Part shown: positions 27,976 through 35,990 of the stretch, piece after piece
Numbering within the stretch: the first letter of the stretch is position 1
Layout of the letters: every line of letters begins with the position of its first letter
DNA from: a virus
Taxonomy: Duplodnaviria; Heunggongvirae; Uroviricota; Caudoviricetes
Strand: one strand, 5' to 3'
Length of the DNA stretch: 37,692 bases
IMG/VR virus record: IMGVR_UViG_2645727775_000019
Location: 1 to 37,692 of that record
Translations under genes and position numbers: made by a program
The notes under the pieces: model-generated
What the model was told of the DNA's origin: nothing
The model's database searches: none
The model's input: the letters and a program-made list of their open reading frames with translations, nothing else

Positions 27976-28625
27976 GCCGCCATCTCCCTGACCAGTTTTT
28001 CCGCCTGCTGGCGAACCTGCACCAGAAAGGCCTCACCACATGCCTCAAGTTCATCGCGCCCGATGTAGCTGATTGTCGGTCCCTTCCAGGTCTTGTCGAA
28101 AACAGCAATAGCACCAGCGAAGAACGCTCCTGTCGGCACCTGCTTCTCGTCCTTCGGGATAAACCAGGCAGGCAGTTCAAAACCAATACGCCCGCGAATA
28201 AAAGCAATATGGTCCGCATCTTCCGGCCACCACACTTCGCTGGTGGCAGCTTTGATCAGGAAAACATAGCGCCCGCCCTTATCACGCATGGCACTGGCAT
28301 GTTTCATGATGTAACGCATGCCGGTGATGTATTGCCCCTCATGCTGACTGGCGCGGCTGTATGGAGGATTTCCAAAGGCAGCACCTTTAAGCTCCGCAAG
28401 ACGTTCTGACCAGTCATGCGCCAGCGCGTTGTCTTCCGCCGTGTAATACGCGGCGCATTTGGCGTTATCACCGTCAGTAAACAGATCCAGAACAAACGGG
28501 CCAAACAGGGTGTTAATTCCCCAGAAAATGTTGTCCGGTGTGCGCCACTGATCGCCCACTTCCTTCAGTTCATGGGCTGGTTTGTTTCGCAACTCCACCA
28601 GCGCCTGGCAATATTTATTACTCAT
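27972..28625 (-). CDS. Phage N6-adenine DNA methyltransferase (Dam-type)
   Basis: NPPY catalytic motif (FGNPPYSRA); ATG start at MSNKYCQ overlaps upstream stop as TAATG. Confidence 0.75.
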   Translation of the reverse strand: MSNKYCQALVELRNKPAHELKEVGDQWRTPDNIFWGINTLFGPFVLDLFTDGDNAKCAAYYTAEDNALAHDWSERLAELKGAAFGNPPYSRASQHEGQYITGMRYIMKHASAMRDKGGRYVFLIKAATSEVWWPEDADHIAFIRGRIGFELPAWFIPKDEKQVPTGAFFAGAIAVFDKTWKGPTISYIGRDELEACGEAFLVQVRQQAEKLVREMAA

Positions 28626-29113
28626 TAAGCCCCCACGTAATTCCCTGACAGATACCACTCATCACCCGATACAGCGCGCTTGCTGCTTTTCCGTAAGCAC
28701 CGCTCACGATGCGCCAGAAAATTGTTTCGTTCTGGCTGGGAGTGGCTTTCACGGAATGCCGCCATCCACACCGTTGCAGCACGACGGTATAAGCCCCTTG
28801 ACTCCAGTTCTTCAGCCTGGCGGGTCAGGCACAAAATCACCCGGGGATCGTTAGTGCCGACATAGAAATTGCGCACAGGTCTGGTTTCACGAACTGGTTG
28901 TGGTTCCGACTCCTGCGCTCTCTCAGTCAGGCGCGGGAAATGTCTGCGTGTATCTCCTTCACAACGGTGAGCCACACGCCCACTCTGACGTAACTTGCTT
29001 GCTGACTGCAGAACGCGCTGCCGTGAGTAACCTGCAAAAGCATCCGCAATGTCTCCGGAAGTACACCCCGGATGGGCTTCAATGAATTTCTGAACTTCAT
29101 TCAAAAGACTCAT
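28625..29113 (-). CDS. Hypothetical regulator with C-terminal ANR/PerC-like motif
   Basis: Start at ATG (MSLLNEVQKF) with GGGGGTG site; C-terminal RGLYRRAATVWMAAF resembles ANR-family small regulators. Confidence 0.45.
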   Translation of the reverse strand: MSLLNEVQKFIEAHPGCTSGDIADAFAGYSRQRVLQSASKLRQSGRVAHRCEGDTRRHFPRLTERAQESEPQPVRETRPVRNFYVGTNDPRVILCLTRQAEELESRGLYRRAATVWMAAFRESHSQPERNNFLAHRERCLRKSSKRAVSGDEWYLSGNYVGA

Positions 29114-29115
29114 AA

Positions 29116-30057
29116 TCACCCCCTGAATCCTGCCGGGATCTGGCTGTAGTCCACATTGTCGTAACTGGCTTTGAAGTACGGGTCTTCACGTTTTTCTGTG
29201 TGCGTGCTGACGGACGGCGATAAGCGCAGGGAAAGCTCATCCCATTTTTCCCGCAACTTCGACGGGCTGAGCACGTTACGGCACCAGAACGGATCGCGGC
29301 TGACGCGGCTGTACATCTCGCAGATTTGTTTGTGAGTACGACCATCCTGCACACACATCAGGCGAATTTCGTTTGCCCAGGCTGTCCAGTTAGGTTCTTT
29401 GGGACGAACCACCTCGCCGTCACATTCGGCGGCCTGCTCGTACAGGGCGATGATTTTTTTCCAGAGCCACTGTGCGCAGGTCAAATCATCCTGCGTTCCC
29501 CACTGGCGCTTTTTAGGGCTGAATACAACCGCATCAGGATGGCGAGTTAAAAAATCCTGTTCATCCATCTGCGTGTCCGGTTGCGAAGCGTCCGGACGAG
29601 AAGGTTTTTTATCTGATGGATCATGTTTTGATTTTACTGACGGATCCCCGCCAGATTCTGACGGGTGAAAACCCGCTTTTTTGCCAGATTTCGACGCATC
29701 AAATTTTGACGGGTCAGATTTTGATGCGTCAGATTTTGACGGGTCAGAATCTGACAGTTGAGAAAATGCCGCTGCCTGAAGCTTCGCAACGTTAAGCTGA
29801 TAAACATTCGACGCATTGCGGTTACCCTGGCGACGCGCCTTACGCGTTAACCAGCCTTCTGCTTCCAGCCGTGCGATAGCCGTTCTGACGGTACTCATCC
29901 CCGCGCCAATCTGGCGGGCAATGGTTTCAATTGATGGCCAGCACACACCTTCGTCATTACTGAAATCAGCCAGGCGGGCCATAATTGCCACGCTGGATAA
30001 TTTCATGCCTGACGCTGCGCAACCATCCCATACATAGCCGGTTAATTTAGTGCTCAT
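29116..30057 (-). CDS. Replication initiator (lambda O-like, HTH N-terminal domain), origin embedded in gene
   Basis: 313 aa; N-terminal HTH replication-protein domain; central linker encoded by tandem DNA repeats (iterons). Confidence 0.7.
   Translation of the reverse strand: MSTKLTGYVWDGCAASGMKLSSVAIMARLADFSNDEGVCWPSIETIARQIGAGMSTVRTAIARLEAEGWLTRKARRQGNRNASNVYQLNVAKLQAAAFSQLSDSDPSKSDASKSDPSKFDASKSGKKAGFHPSESGGDPSVKSKHDPSDKKPSRPDASQPDTQMDEQDFLTRHPDAVVFSPKKRQWGTQDDLTCAQWLWKKIIALYEQAAECDGEVVRPKEPNWTAWANEIRLMCVQDGRTHKQICEMYSRVSRDPFWCRNVLSPSKLREKWDELSLRLSPSVSTHTEKREDPYFKASYDNVDYSQIPAGFRG
29653..29760. repeat. Iteron array (putative ori) inside the O-like gene
   Basis: Three perfect and at least two degenerate ~15-bp tandem units ATTTTGAC(G/A)(G/C)GTCAG, each with internal TGAC/GTCA symmetry; AT-rich stretch adjacent at ~29600-29645. 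Confidence 0.6.
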
Positions 30058-30226
30058 GACCGACCTCTATTTCCCTGAATTTACGACGAAACTGTTCGAG
30101 CGGACTGAAGCATTCATGCTCATAGCCTTCGCGGAGGTAGATAACCCGTTGTGTTTCCGGTTCCCAACGAATGACTCTGACGGGCACTCCGTAGTGATCT
30201 TTGAACCAGCGGTTAACTTGTCGCAA
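30047..30226 (-). CDS. Candidate DUF4222-like small protein (59 aa) in alternative frame, TTG start
   Basis: AGGAG 8 nt upstream of TTG; translation [59 protein letters not shown]; overlaps ORF 30067..30405. Confidence 0.4.
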   Translation of the reverse strand: MRQVNRWFKDHYGVPVRVIRWEPETQRVIYLREGYEHECFSPLEQFRRKFREIEVGHEH

Positions 30227-30405
30227 AGGACTGTCTCCTTCTGCCGGTTGAAATCACCCACAGCCCACTCTGCAAAGCTGTGGGTTACAATTTCCCTGTC
30301 ACCTGGTACATTCACTGCATAGCAATATTCCACCTTCGCTTTTCCACCCGGAACAGGAAGCGCAATCAGTTGCGAGCGACGGTAGTGTGTTGTTAAACTG
30401 TTCAT
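30067..30405 (-). CDS. Hypothetical protein (ORF A); 3' portion probably not genuine coding
   Basis: ATG directly after the CII-like stop; first ~55 aa look protein-like, the remainder overlaps the alternative-frame small gene. Confidence 0.35.
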   Translation of the reverse strand: MNSLTTHYRRSQLIALPVPGGKAKVEYCYAVNVPGDREIVTHSFAEWAVGDFNRQKETVLCDKLTAGSKITTECPSESFVGNRKHNGLSTSAKAMSMNASVRSNSFVVNSGK

Positions 30406-30971
30406 GCGTTAGTTTCTCCACAACCAGAAGCAATCGACGCCACGACGCCCGGAGCTGCACACTCGCGGGCGTCATTACTTTCTGAAATGCAAAAAATTTT
30501 GTAGACAAGTGCTGCATGCTCCTGCAGCTTCGAAATTGAGAGATACAGCTCGTCGTTAATTGCTGTCTTCTCATGCGGTTCCACCACACCGTCTTCGATT
30601 GCTGAACGAATCTGTTTTGAATAACTGCCGATCTGTTCAATGACTTCCAGCAGACGCTGGTTAATATCGGCGTTGTCCACATCCTCGACGTCAGGAAGAG
30701 ACACAAAGACGCCATTTGCAGACTGCGCCACAGCATCAGCAATGAAGTGAGTGCCACCAGCACGCTGTAAAACCATTGCCCATCCCAGCGGGAAAATCTG
30801 ATCGCCATCTGCACGAAGGCGGTTGAATAAAGCGTTTTCTGTTACATCGAGCCAGTCAGCCGCTTCAGCGTAACCACCCGGCAACGCCGCGATAGTTTTT
30901 CTGACAGCTTTCACGTACCACTCAGGCTGTTTTTCTATTTTCCAGTGATGCTTACCCACGATTAGCCTCAT
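30402..30971 (-). CDS. CII-like phage regulatory protein
   Basis: 189 aa immediately downstream of cro; resemblance to phage CII/CP76-type regulators. Confidence 0.55.
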   Translation of the reverse strand: MRLIVGKHHWKIEKQPEWYVKAVRKTIAALPGGYAEAADWLDVTENALFNRLRADGDQIFPLGWAMVLQRAGGTHFIADAVAQSANGVFVSLPDVEDVDNADINQRLLEVIEQIGSYSKQIRSAIEDGVVEPHEKTAINDELYLSISKLQEHAALVYKIFCISESNDARECAAPGVVASIASGCGETNA

Positions 30972-31002
30972 CGTTCTGTGGTTAAAAATTGAAAGTGTTC
31001 TG

Positions 31003-31203
31003 CTAATCTTTCGGATAGATATCCGGTCTTAAGTCAGATTTCGTAATTGCACCTGACGTGCATTGCTCAAGTTTTTTAGCCAGCACAAAACTGGCTTTTT
31101 TATAGCCATTGAAAACCAGCCGTAAGTAGCCAGGTGTTGAGCCAACTTTTCCGGCCAACTCGCCCTGCTGTTCTTTGGTTAAAGAGTCCCAATACGCTTT
31201 CAT
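31003..31203 (-). CDS. cro: Cro-like HTH repressor
   Basis: 66 aa from MKAYWDSLTKEQQGELAGKVG; divergent from cI across operator region; longer ORF-track version would run into cI. Confidence 0.75.
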   Translation of the reverse strand: MKAYWDSLTKEQQGELAGKVGSTPGYLRLVFNGYKKASFVLAKKLEQCTSGAITKSDLRPDIYPKD

Positions 31204-31293
31204 ACAATATGTACCTCCTGTGTACATATTACATGATTGAAATGAACCTTCAAGATACTTGTACCTTAACGGTACAAGGGTTTTAATTTCGTT
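31204..31293. promoter_or_regulatory. OR-like operator/promoter region between cro and cI
   Basis: Perfect palindromes ATATGTAC-N7-GTACATAT (31207-31229) and CTTGTACC-N5-GGTACAAG (31258-31278), both of form TGTAC-N7-GTACA. Confidence 0.6.
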
Positions 31294-31968
31294 ATGAAAA
31301 CAATCCATGACATCCGGCGGTCTAACGCCAGAAAACTGAGAGATGGTGTTGGCGGGAATTCTTCCTTTGCCACTATGATTGATCGCGAGCCAACCCAGAC
31401 CAGCAGGTTTATGGGAGATGGTGCTACTAAAAATATCGGTGACAGCATGGCACGACACATCGAAAAATGTTTCGACCTACCTGTCGGATGGCTCGATCAA
31501 GAACACCAGACAACGAACATCACAAAAAAACCTGATGTTTCAATCACTAATAAACAAATCACATTAGTCCCTGTCATATCATGGGTACAGGCCGGAGCAT
31601 GGAAAGAAGTTGGATATTCTGAGGTTGATTTGAGCACAGCAGAAACGTATCCCTGCCCTGTACCCTGTGGGGAAATGACTTATATCTTGCGGGTGATAGG
31701 TGATTCAATGATTGATGAGTACCGCCCGGGAGACATGATTTTTGTCGATCCTGAAGTACCTGCCTGCCACGGTGACGACGTTATTGCATTGATGCACGAT
31801 ACAGGTGAAACCACCTTCAAAAGGTTAATAGAAGATGGGACACAGCGTTATCTCAAAGCGTTAAACCCAAACTGGCCTGAGCCTTACATTAAGATCAACG
31901 GTAATTGCTCTATAATTGGTACAGTGATTTTCTCAGGAAAACCAAGAAGATACAAAATCAAAGCCTAA
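31294..31968 (+). CDS. cI: CI-like repressor (HTH plus S24 autopeptidase domain)
   Basis: 224 aa; C-terminal GDSM Ser and FKRL Lys dyad intact. Confidence 0.85.
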   Translation: MKTIHDIRRSNARKLRDGVGGNSSFATMIDREPTQTSRFMGDGATKNIGDSMARHIEKCFDLPVGWLDQEHQTTNITKKPDVSITNKQITLVPVISWVQAGAWKEVGYSEVDLSTAETYPCPVPCGEMTYILRVIGDSMIDEYRPGDMIFVDPEVPACHGDDVIALMHDTGETTFKRLIEDGTQRYLKALNPNWPEPYIKINGNCSIIGTVIFSGKPRRYKIKA

Positions 31969-31980
31969 TCAATGTTTATG

Positions 31981-32004
31981 AACCTGCTTCGGCAGGTTTT
32001 TTTA
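31981..32004 (+). terminator. Intrinsic terminator after cI
   Basis: AACCTGC-TTCG-GCAGGTT hairpin followed by TTTTTTTAT. Confidence 0.7.
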
Positions 32005-32007
32005 TAC

Positions 32008-32036
32008 TTGACAATGTACCTTTGAGATACATAATG
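32008..32036 (+). promoter_or_regulatory. pL-like promoter with overlapping operator-like half sites
   Basis: TTGACA, 16-17 nt spacer, CATAAT/ATAATG; TGTAC half-sites similar to OR inside and beside the spacer. Confidence 0.5.
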
Positions 32037-32212
32037 TACCCAAGAGAAACAACGAACAGGCAGGACGCCCACGAAGTAGCCGCCTGGGGCATATGAAGTC
32101 CAGGATGATTCGTTGAGTCATGTTGTGCCACTAGGCACTCATGTTAAAGCAGGTGTATGAAATGAAAGTCCAGATTTTAAACAATAACTGTGAAGTCGTT
32201 TGGGCGTAAAAC

Positions 32213-32419
32213 ATGACCGCGCGTAGACCAAGGGAGGAAAAAGTGGGAATAGTTAGAAATCAAGCAGATATATTGAAAATCAGCTCTGAATTACTTGGAG
32301 TTTTGAAAAGTGAGCTCACCGCACATGGCATCGAGCCCACTGACGAAAATTTAAGATGGGTTTTGTCGATTATTCAACAATCACTCAAGCCCAGCCTCAG
32401 CAAACTTTTTATCGAGTAG
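32213..32419 (+). CDS. Hypothetical small protein (68 aa; alternative GTG start at 32243 with GGGAGG site)
   Basis: AT-rich; Arg-rich N-terminus MTARRPREEK; first gene after pL-like promoter. Confidence 0.4.
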   Translation: MTARRPREEKVGIVRNQADILKISSELLGVLKSELTAHGIEPTDENLRWVLSIIQQSLKPSLSKLFIE

Positions 32420-32572
32420 TGCTTCGAACTTATCGTAAAGCTTGCTTATGTCGTCTATCGGGTTTTCTGACGTACTGTAATTTTTATCTGATGTCATGGC
32501 AGCAGTCTGATATGCAGTGTGAGTCTTAACCGATAGTTGGAATAAATAAAGAATTTTTTCTTCTTTGGTCAT
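32381..32572 (-). CDS. Hypothetical small protein (63 aa), convergent and overlapping with previous
   Basis: ATG with AAGGAAA site; MTKEEKILYLFQLSVKTHTAY...; 39-nt 3' overlap with the plus-strand small gene. Confidence 0.4.
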   Translation of the reverse strand: MTKEEKILYLFQLSVKTHTAYQTAAMTSDKNYSTSENPIDDISKLYDKFEALLDKKFAEAGLE

Positions 32573-32682
32573 AACTATTTCCTTCTTGGCTATATGAAAA
32601 CACCAAGATACCACCGAGCCTGAAGTGGTGAAAAGACAGGCACATAACAGCTAAGTATTTTCAACCAAAGAGAATCCTTAGC

Positions 32683-32960
32683 GTTGTGGTGAATGCGGCT
32701 CAGCGCACGCGGGTTAAGGTTGAGGCTGACAGTCGACCTTCTGTGGATACCCACCCGTCTGGTGTGCAACCTTCGCCAGGCACCGGGAGGCACCCGGCAC
32801 CACAACTTTATGCTGTGTGTAGTCCTGGCGGTACCAGTTTGTACCCTTGCTTCCGGCTGGTACCGTCCTTTTTACAAAACAGAGAAGAGCATCACCGGAC
32901 GACGGGCTCATAACCCAATCCATCCGGGCGGCTGCCACCGCAGGTGTTCTTCTCTGTTTT
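32683..32960 (+). other. GC-rich non-coding segment with multiple long-range inverted repeats (candidate structured RNA or cis-regulatory element)
   Basis: GTTGTGGTG/CACCACAAC (9 bp), CGGTACCAG/CTGGTACCG (9 bp, then CCTTTTT), AAACAGAGAAGA/TCTTCTCTGTTT (12 bp); translations in all frames are not protein-like. Confidence 0.3.
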
Positions 32961-33010
32961 GTGGAGAAACTAATCGGCCTTGCAGGGTCGATATGATGAG
33001 GAGCAGCAAA

Positions 33011-33373
33011 ATGGCTAGCGAACGCAGTACTGATGTGCAGGCATTTATCGGGGAGCTGGACGGCGGCGTATTTGAAACCAAAATCGGCGCAGTTCTCAGT
33101 GAAGTCGCTTCCGGTGTGATGAACACGAAAACCAAAGGTAAGGTCTCACTCAACCTGGAAATCGAACCATTTGATGAGAACCGTGTGAAAATCAAACACA
33201 AACTCTCATATGTTCGCCCGACTAACCGCGGGAAAATTTCCGAAGAAGACACCACCGAAACGCCGATGTATGTCAATCGCGGTGGTCGCCTGACTATTCT
33301 GCAGGAAGACCAGGGACAGTTACTGACTCTTGCCGGTGAACCTGACGGAAAACTCCGCGCAGCAGGTCGTTAA
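33011..33373 (+). CDS. yfdP: YfdP-like prophage protein
   Basis: 120 aa from MASERS with AGGAG site; the ORF-track N-terminal extension is non-protein-like. Confidence 0.6.
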   Translation: MASERSTDVQAFIGELDGGVFETKIGAVLSEVASGVMNTKTKGKVSLNLEIEPFDENRVKIKHKLSYVRPTNRGKISEEDTTETPMYVNRGGRLTILQEDQGQLLTLAGEPDGKLRAAGR

Positions 33374-33438
33374 TATCGTTTTTAATTAACTGATTATTTA
33401 TCTCATCACTGAATATCTTTATATAGTGAGGACTTATT

Positions 33439-34263
33439 ATGTCTCAGAACTTAGACGCAACCGCAATTAATCAAATCCATGCCCTTATTTCTGCTCAGGG
33501 TGTTAATGAAATTATCAGTAAGATTGGTGCCGATGCTGTGGCATTGCCTGAGAATTTCCGCATTCATGATCTGGAAAAATTTAATTTAAATCGCTTCCGT
33601 TTCCGTGGTGCGCTTTCCACTGCCAGCATCGATGACTTTACCCGTTATTCTAAAGATCTTGCAGATGAAGGCACCCGCTGCTTTATCGATGCTGATAATA
33701 TGCGTGCCGTCAGTGTGCTTAACCTGGGTACTATTGATGAACCAGGTCACGCAGATAACACCGCCACTCTCAAACTGAAAAAGACAGCACCGTTCTCTGC
33801 TCTGTTGTCTGTTAACGGCGAGCGTAACTCCCAGAAATCACTGGCAGAATGGATTGAAGACTGGGCCGACAACCTTGTGGGCTTTGATGCTAATGGTGAC
33901 GCCATTCAGGCAACAAAAGCGGCTGCGGCAATCCGTAAAATCACGATTGAAGCAAACCAGACCGCTGATTTTGAAGATAATGACTTCAGCGGCAAACGCT
34001 CCCTGATGGAATCTGTCGAAGCGAAGACCAAAGACATTATGCCAGTGGCATTTGAATTTAAATGCGTTCCGTTTGAAGGTCTGAAAGAACGTCCGTTTAA
34101 ATTACGCCTCAGCATTATCACTGGCGATCGTCCTGTACTGGTTCTGCGCATTATTCAGCTGGAAGCGGTGCAGGAAGATATGGCTAACGAATTTCGTGAT
34201 CTGCTTGTTGAGAAATTCAAAGACAGCAAAGTAGAAACCTTTATTGGTACTTTCACCGCCTGA
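33439..34263 (+). CDS. yfdQ: YfdQ-like protein (DUF2303-type)
   Basis: 274 aa; size and position match yfdQ of CPS-53. Confidence 0.7.
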   Translation: MSQNLDATAINQIHALISAQGVNEIISKIGADAVALPENFRIHDLEKFNLNRFRFRGALSTASIDDFTRYSKDLADEGTRCFIDADNMRAVSVLNLGTIDEPGHADNTATLKLKKTAPFSALLSVNGERNSQKSLAEWIEDWADNLVGFDANGDAIQATKAAAAIRKITIEANQTADFEDNDFSGKRSLMESVEAKTKDIMPVAFEFKCVPFEGLKERPFKLRLSIITGDRPVLVLRIIQLEAVQEDMANEFRDLLVEKFKDSKVETFIGTFTA

Positions 34264-34390
34264 TTTCATTACTGCAAATGCCCCTGCGGGGGCATTTATG
34301 GAAACGTAATTAACTCAATAATCACCGGATGGTGAGGGCTTCCTTTTACCCAAACTCAGCGCGGTGCAGCGCATATACGTGGAGAACAAA

Positions 34391-34927
34391 ATGTCATTTA
34401 TTAAAACTTTTTCCGGGAAGCATTTTTATTATGACAAGATAAATAAAGACGACATCGTGATTAACGATATCGCGGTTTCCCTTTCAAATATCTGCCGCTT
34501 TGCCGGTCATCTTTCTCACTTCTACAGTGTCGCCCAACATGCGGTGCTTTGCAGCCAGCTGGTGCCGCAGGAATTTGCTTTTGAAGCGTTAATGCATGAT
34601 GCAACAGAAGCGTATTGCCAGGACATCCCCGCACCACTGAAACGCCTTCTTCCTGACTATAAACGGATGGAAGAAAAAATAGATGCAGTAATCCGTGAGA
34701 AATACGGGTTACCTCCTGTTATGAGCACGCCAGTGAAATATGCCGATCTCATTATGCTGGCAACCGAACGCCGTGATCTCGGGCTTGATGATGGCTCTTT
34801 CTGGCCTGTACTGGAAGGCATCCCGGCAACAGAGATGTTCAACGTGATTCCACTGGCACCGGGTCATGCCTACGGGATGTTTATGGAACGTTTTAACGAT
34901 TTATCGGAGTTACGCAAATGCGCATGA
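34391..34927 (+). CDS. yfdR: HD-domain phosphohydrolase (YfdR-like 5'-deoxynucleotidase)
   Basis: 178 aa from MSFIKTF with GGAG site; H...HD metal-binding motif (LMHDATEA). Confidence 0.7.
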   Translation: MSFIKTFSGKHFYYDKINKDDIVINDIAVSLSNICRFAGHLSHFYSVAQHAVLCSQLVPQEFAFEALMHDATEAYCQDIPAPLKRLLPDYKRMEEKIDAVIREKYGLPPVMSTPVKYADLIMLATERRDLGLDDGSFWPVLEGIPATEMFNVIPLAPGHAYGMFMERFNDLSELRKCA

Positions 34928-35280
34928 ATGTTTTCGAAATGGAAGGGTTTCTTCGCGGGAAATGTGTACCGCGAGATCTGAAAGTGAACGAAACAAATGC
35001 TGAGTACCTGGTACGTAAATTCGACGCGCTTGAAGCTAAATGTGCGGCACTGGAAAACAAAATAATACCAGTGTCAGCTGAACTGCCACCAGCAAATGAA
35101 AGTGTTCTGTTATTTGATGCTAATGGAGAAGGCTGGCTGATTGGCTGGCGTTCTCTCTGGTACACCTGGGGACAAAAAGAAACCGGAGAATGGCAGTGGA
35201 CATTTCAGGTTGGGGACCTTGAAAACGTCAATATCACTCACTGGGCAGTAATGCCAAAAGCACCGGAGGCTGGAGCATAA
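34918..35280 (+). CDS. yfdS: YfdS-like protein
   Basis: 120 aa; overlaps upstream gene; Trp-rich C-terminal domain. Confidence 0.6.
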   Translation: MRMNVFEMEGFLRGKCVPRDLKVNETNAEYLVRKFDALEAKCAALENKIIPVSAELPPANESVLLFDANGEGWLIGWRSLWYTWGQKETGEWQWTFQVGDLENVNITHWAVMPKAPEAGA

Positions 35281-35585
35281 TGACCACATTTACCAATAAA
35301 GAACTGATTAAAGAAATCAAAGAACGAATCAGCAGCCTAGAGGTTCGAGACGATATTGAGCGCCGTGCTTATGAAATCGCACTCGTATCTCTGGAAGTAG
35401 AGCCAGATGAACGCGAAGCCTATGAATTATTCATGGAAAAGCGTTTCGGTGACTTAGTAGATCGTCGGAGAGCAAAAAACGGCGATAACGAATACATGGC
35501 ATGGGATATGACTCTCGGTTGGATCGTCTGGCAGCAACGAGCTGGTATCCATTTTTCAACAATGTCACAGCAAGAGGTGAAATAA
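35280..35585 (+). CDS. yfdT: YfdT-like protein
   Basis: 101 aa; start overlaps previous stop. Confidence 0.6.
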   Translation: MTTFTNKELIKEIKERISSLEVRDDIERRAYEIALVSLEVEPDEREAYELFMEKRFGDLVDRRRAKNGDNEYMAWDMTLGWIVWQQRAGIHFSTMSQQEVK

Positions 35586-35716
35586 TGGAGCCATACAGCC
35601 TCACACTCGATGAGTCCTGTTCATTTCTCAAGATATCCAGACCTACCATTGCTGCATCAATGCGGCTTTTTATTGCCTGATTTGCAGGTTCGATTCCATA
35701 TTCGGAGATAGCACTC

Positions 35717-35917
35717 ATGCAACACGAACTACAACCTGATTCACTGGTTGATTTGAAATTCATCATGGCTGATACTGGCTTCGGTAAGACCTTCATCTAT
35801 GACCGGATTAAGTCCGGCGACCTGCCTAAAGCCAAAGTTATCCACGGACGAGCAAGATGGTTATATCGTGACCATTGTGAATTCAAAAATAAGCTCTTAA
35901 GCCGCGCCAATGGGTAA
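35717..35917 (+). CDS. torI: AlpA/TorI-type excisionase (recombination directionality factor)
   Basis: 66 aa MQHELQPDSLVDLKFIMADTGFGKTFIYDRIKSGDLPKAKV...; winged-helix Xis fold family; adjacent to attR. Confidence 0.85.
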   Translation: MQHELQPDSLVDLKFIMADTGFGKTFIYDRIKSGDLPKAKVIHGRARWLYRDHCEFKNKLLSRANG

Positions 35918-35990
35918 AATAGCGGGTAAAATATTTTTCACATCTAAAAAACACCATTCCAATCAATCCCCTGCCGCCTCAAGTAGATGT

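Noticed and set aside
29634-29816. Tandem repeats in the O-like gene as a CRISPR array or other repeat element
   Set aside because: Units are contiguous ~15-bp iterons without spacers, inside a coding region; the pattern fits a replication origin, not CRISPR
31003-31458. 151-aa version of the cro ORF
   Set aside because: The N-terminal extension runs through the operator region and into cI on the opposite strand; the 66-aa Cro-sized product from ATG 31203 fits the divergent switch
32693-33373. 226-aa plus-strand ORF as a single gene
   Set aside because: The first ~100 codons cover the GC-rich inverted-repeat segment and translate to low-complexity Arg/Cys/Leu-rich sequence; a credible start with AGGAG site exists at 33011, giving a 120-aa protein
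35431-35796. 121-aa minus-strand ORF overlapping yfdT and torI
   Set aside because: Antisense to two supported plus-strand genes, no ribosome binding site, non-protein-like composition
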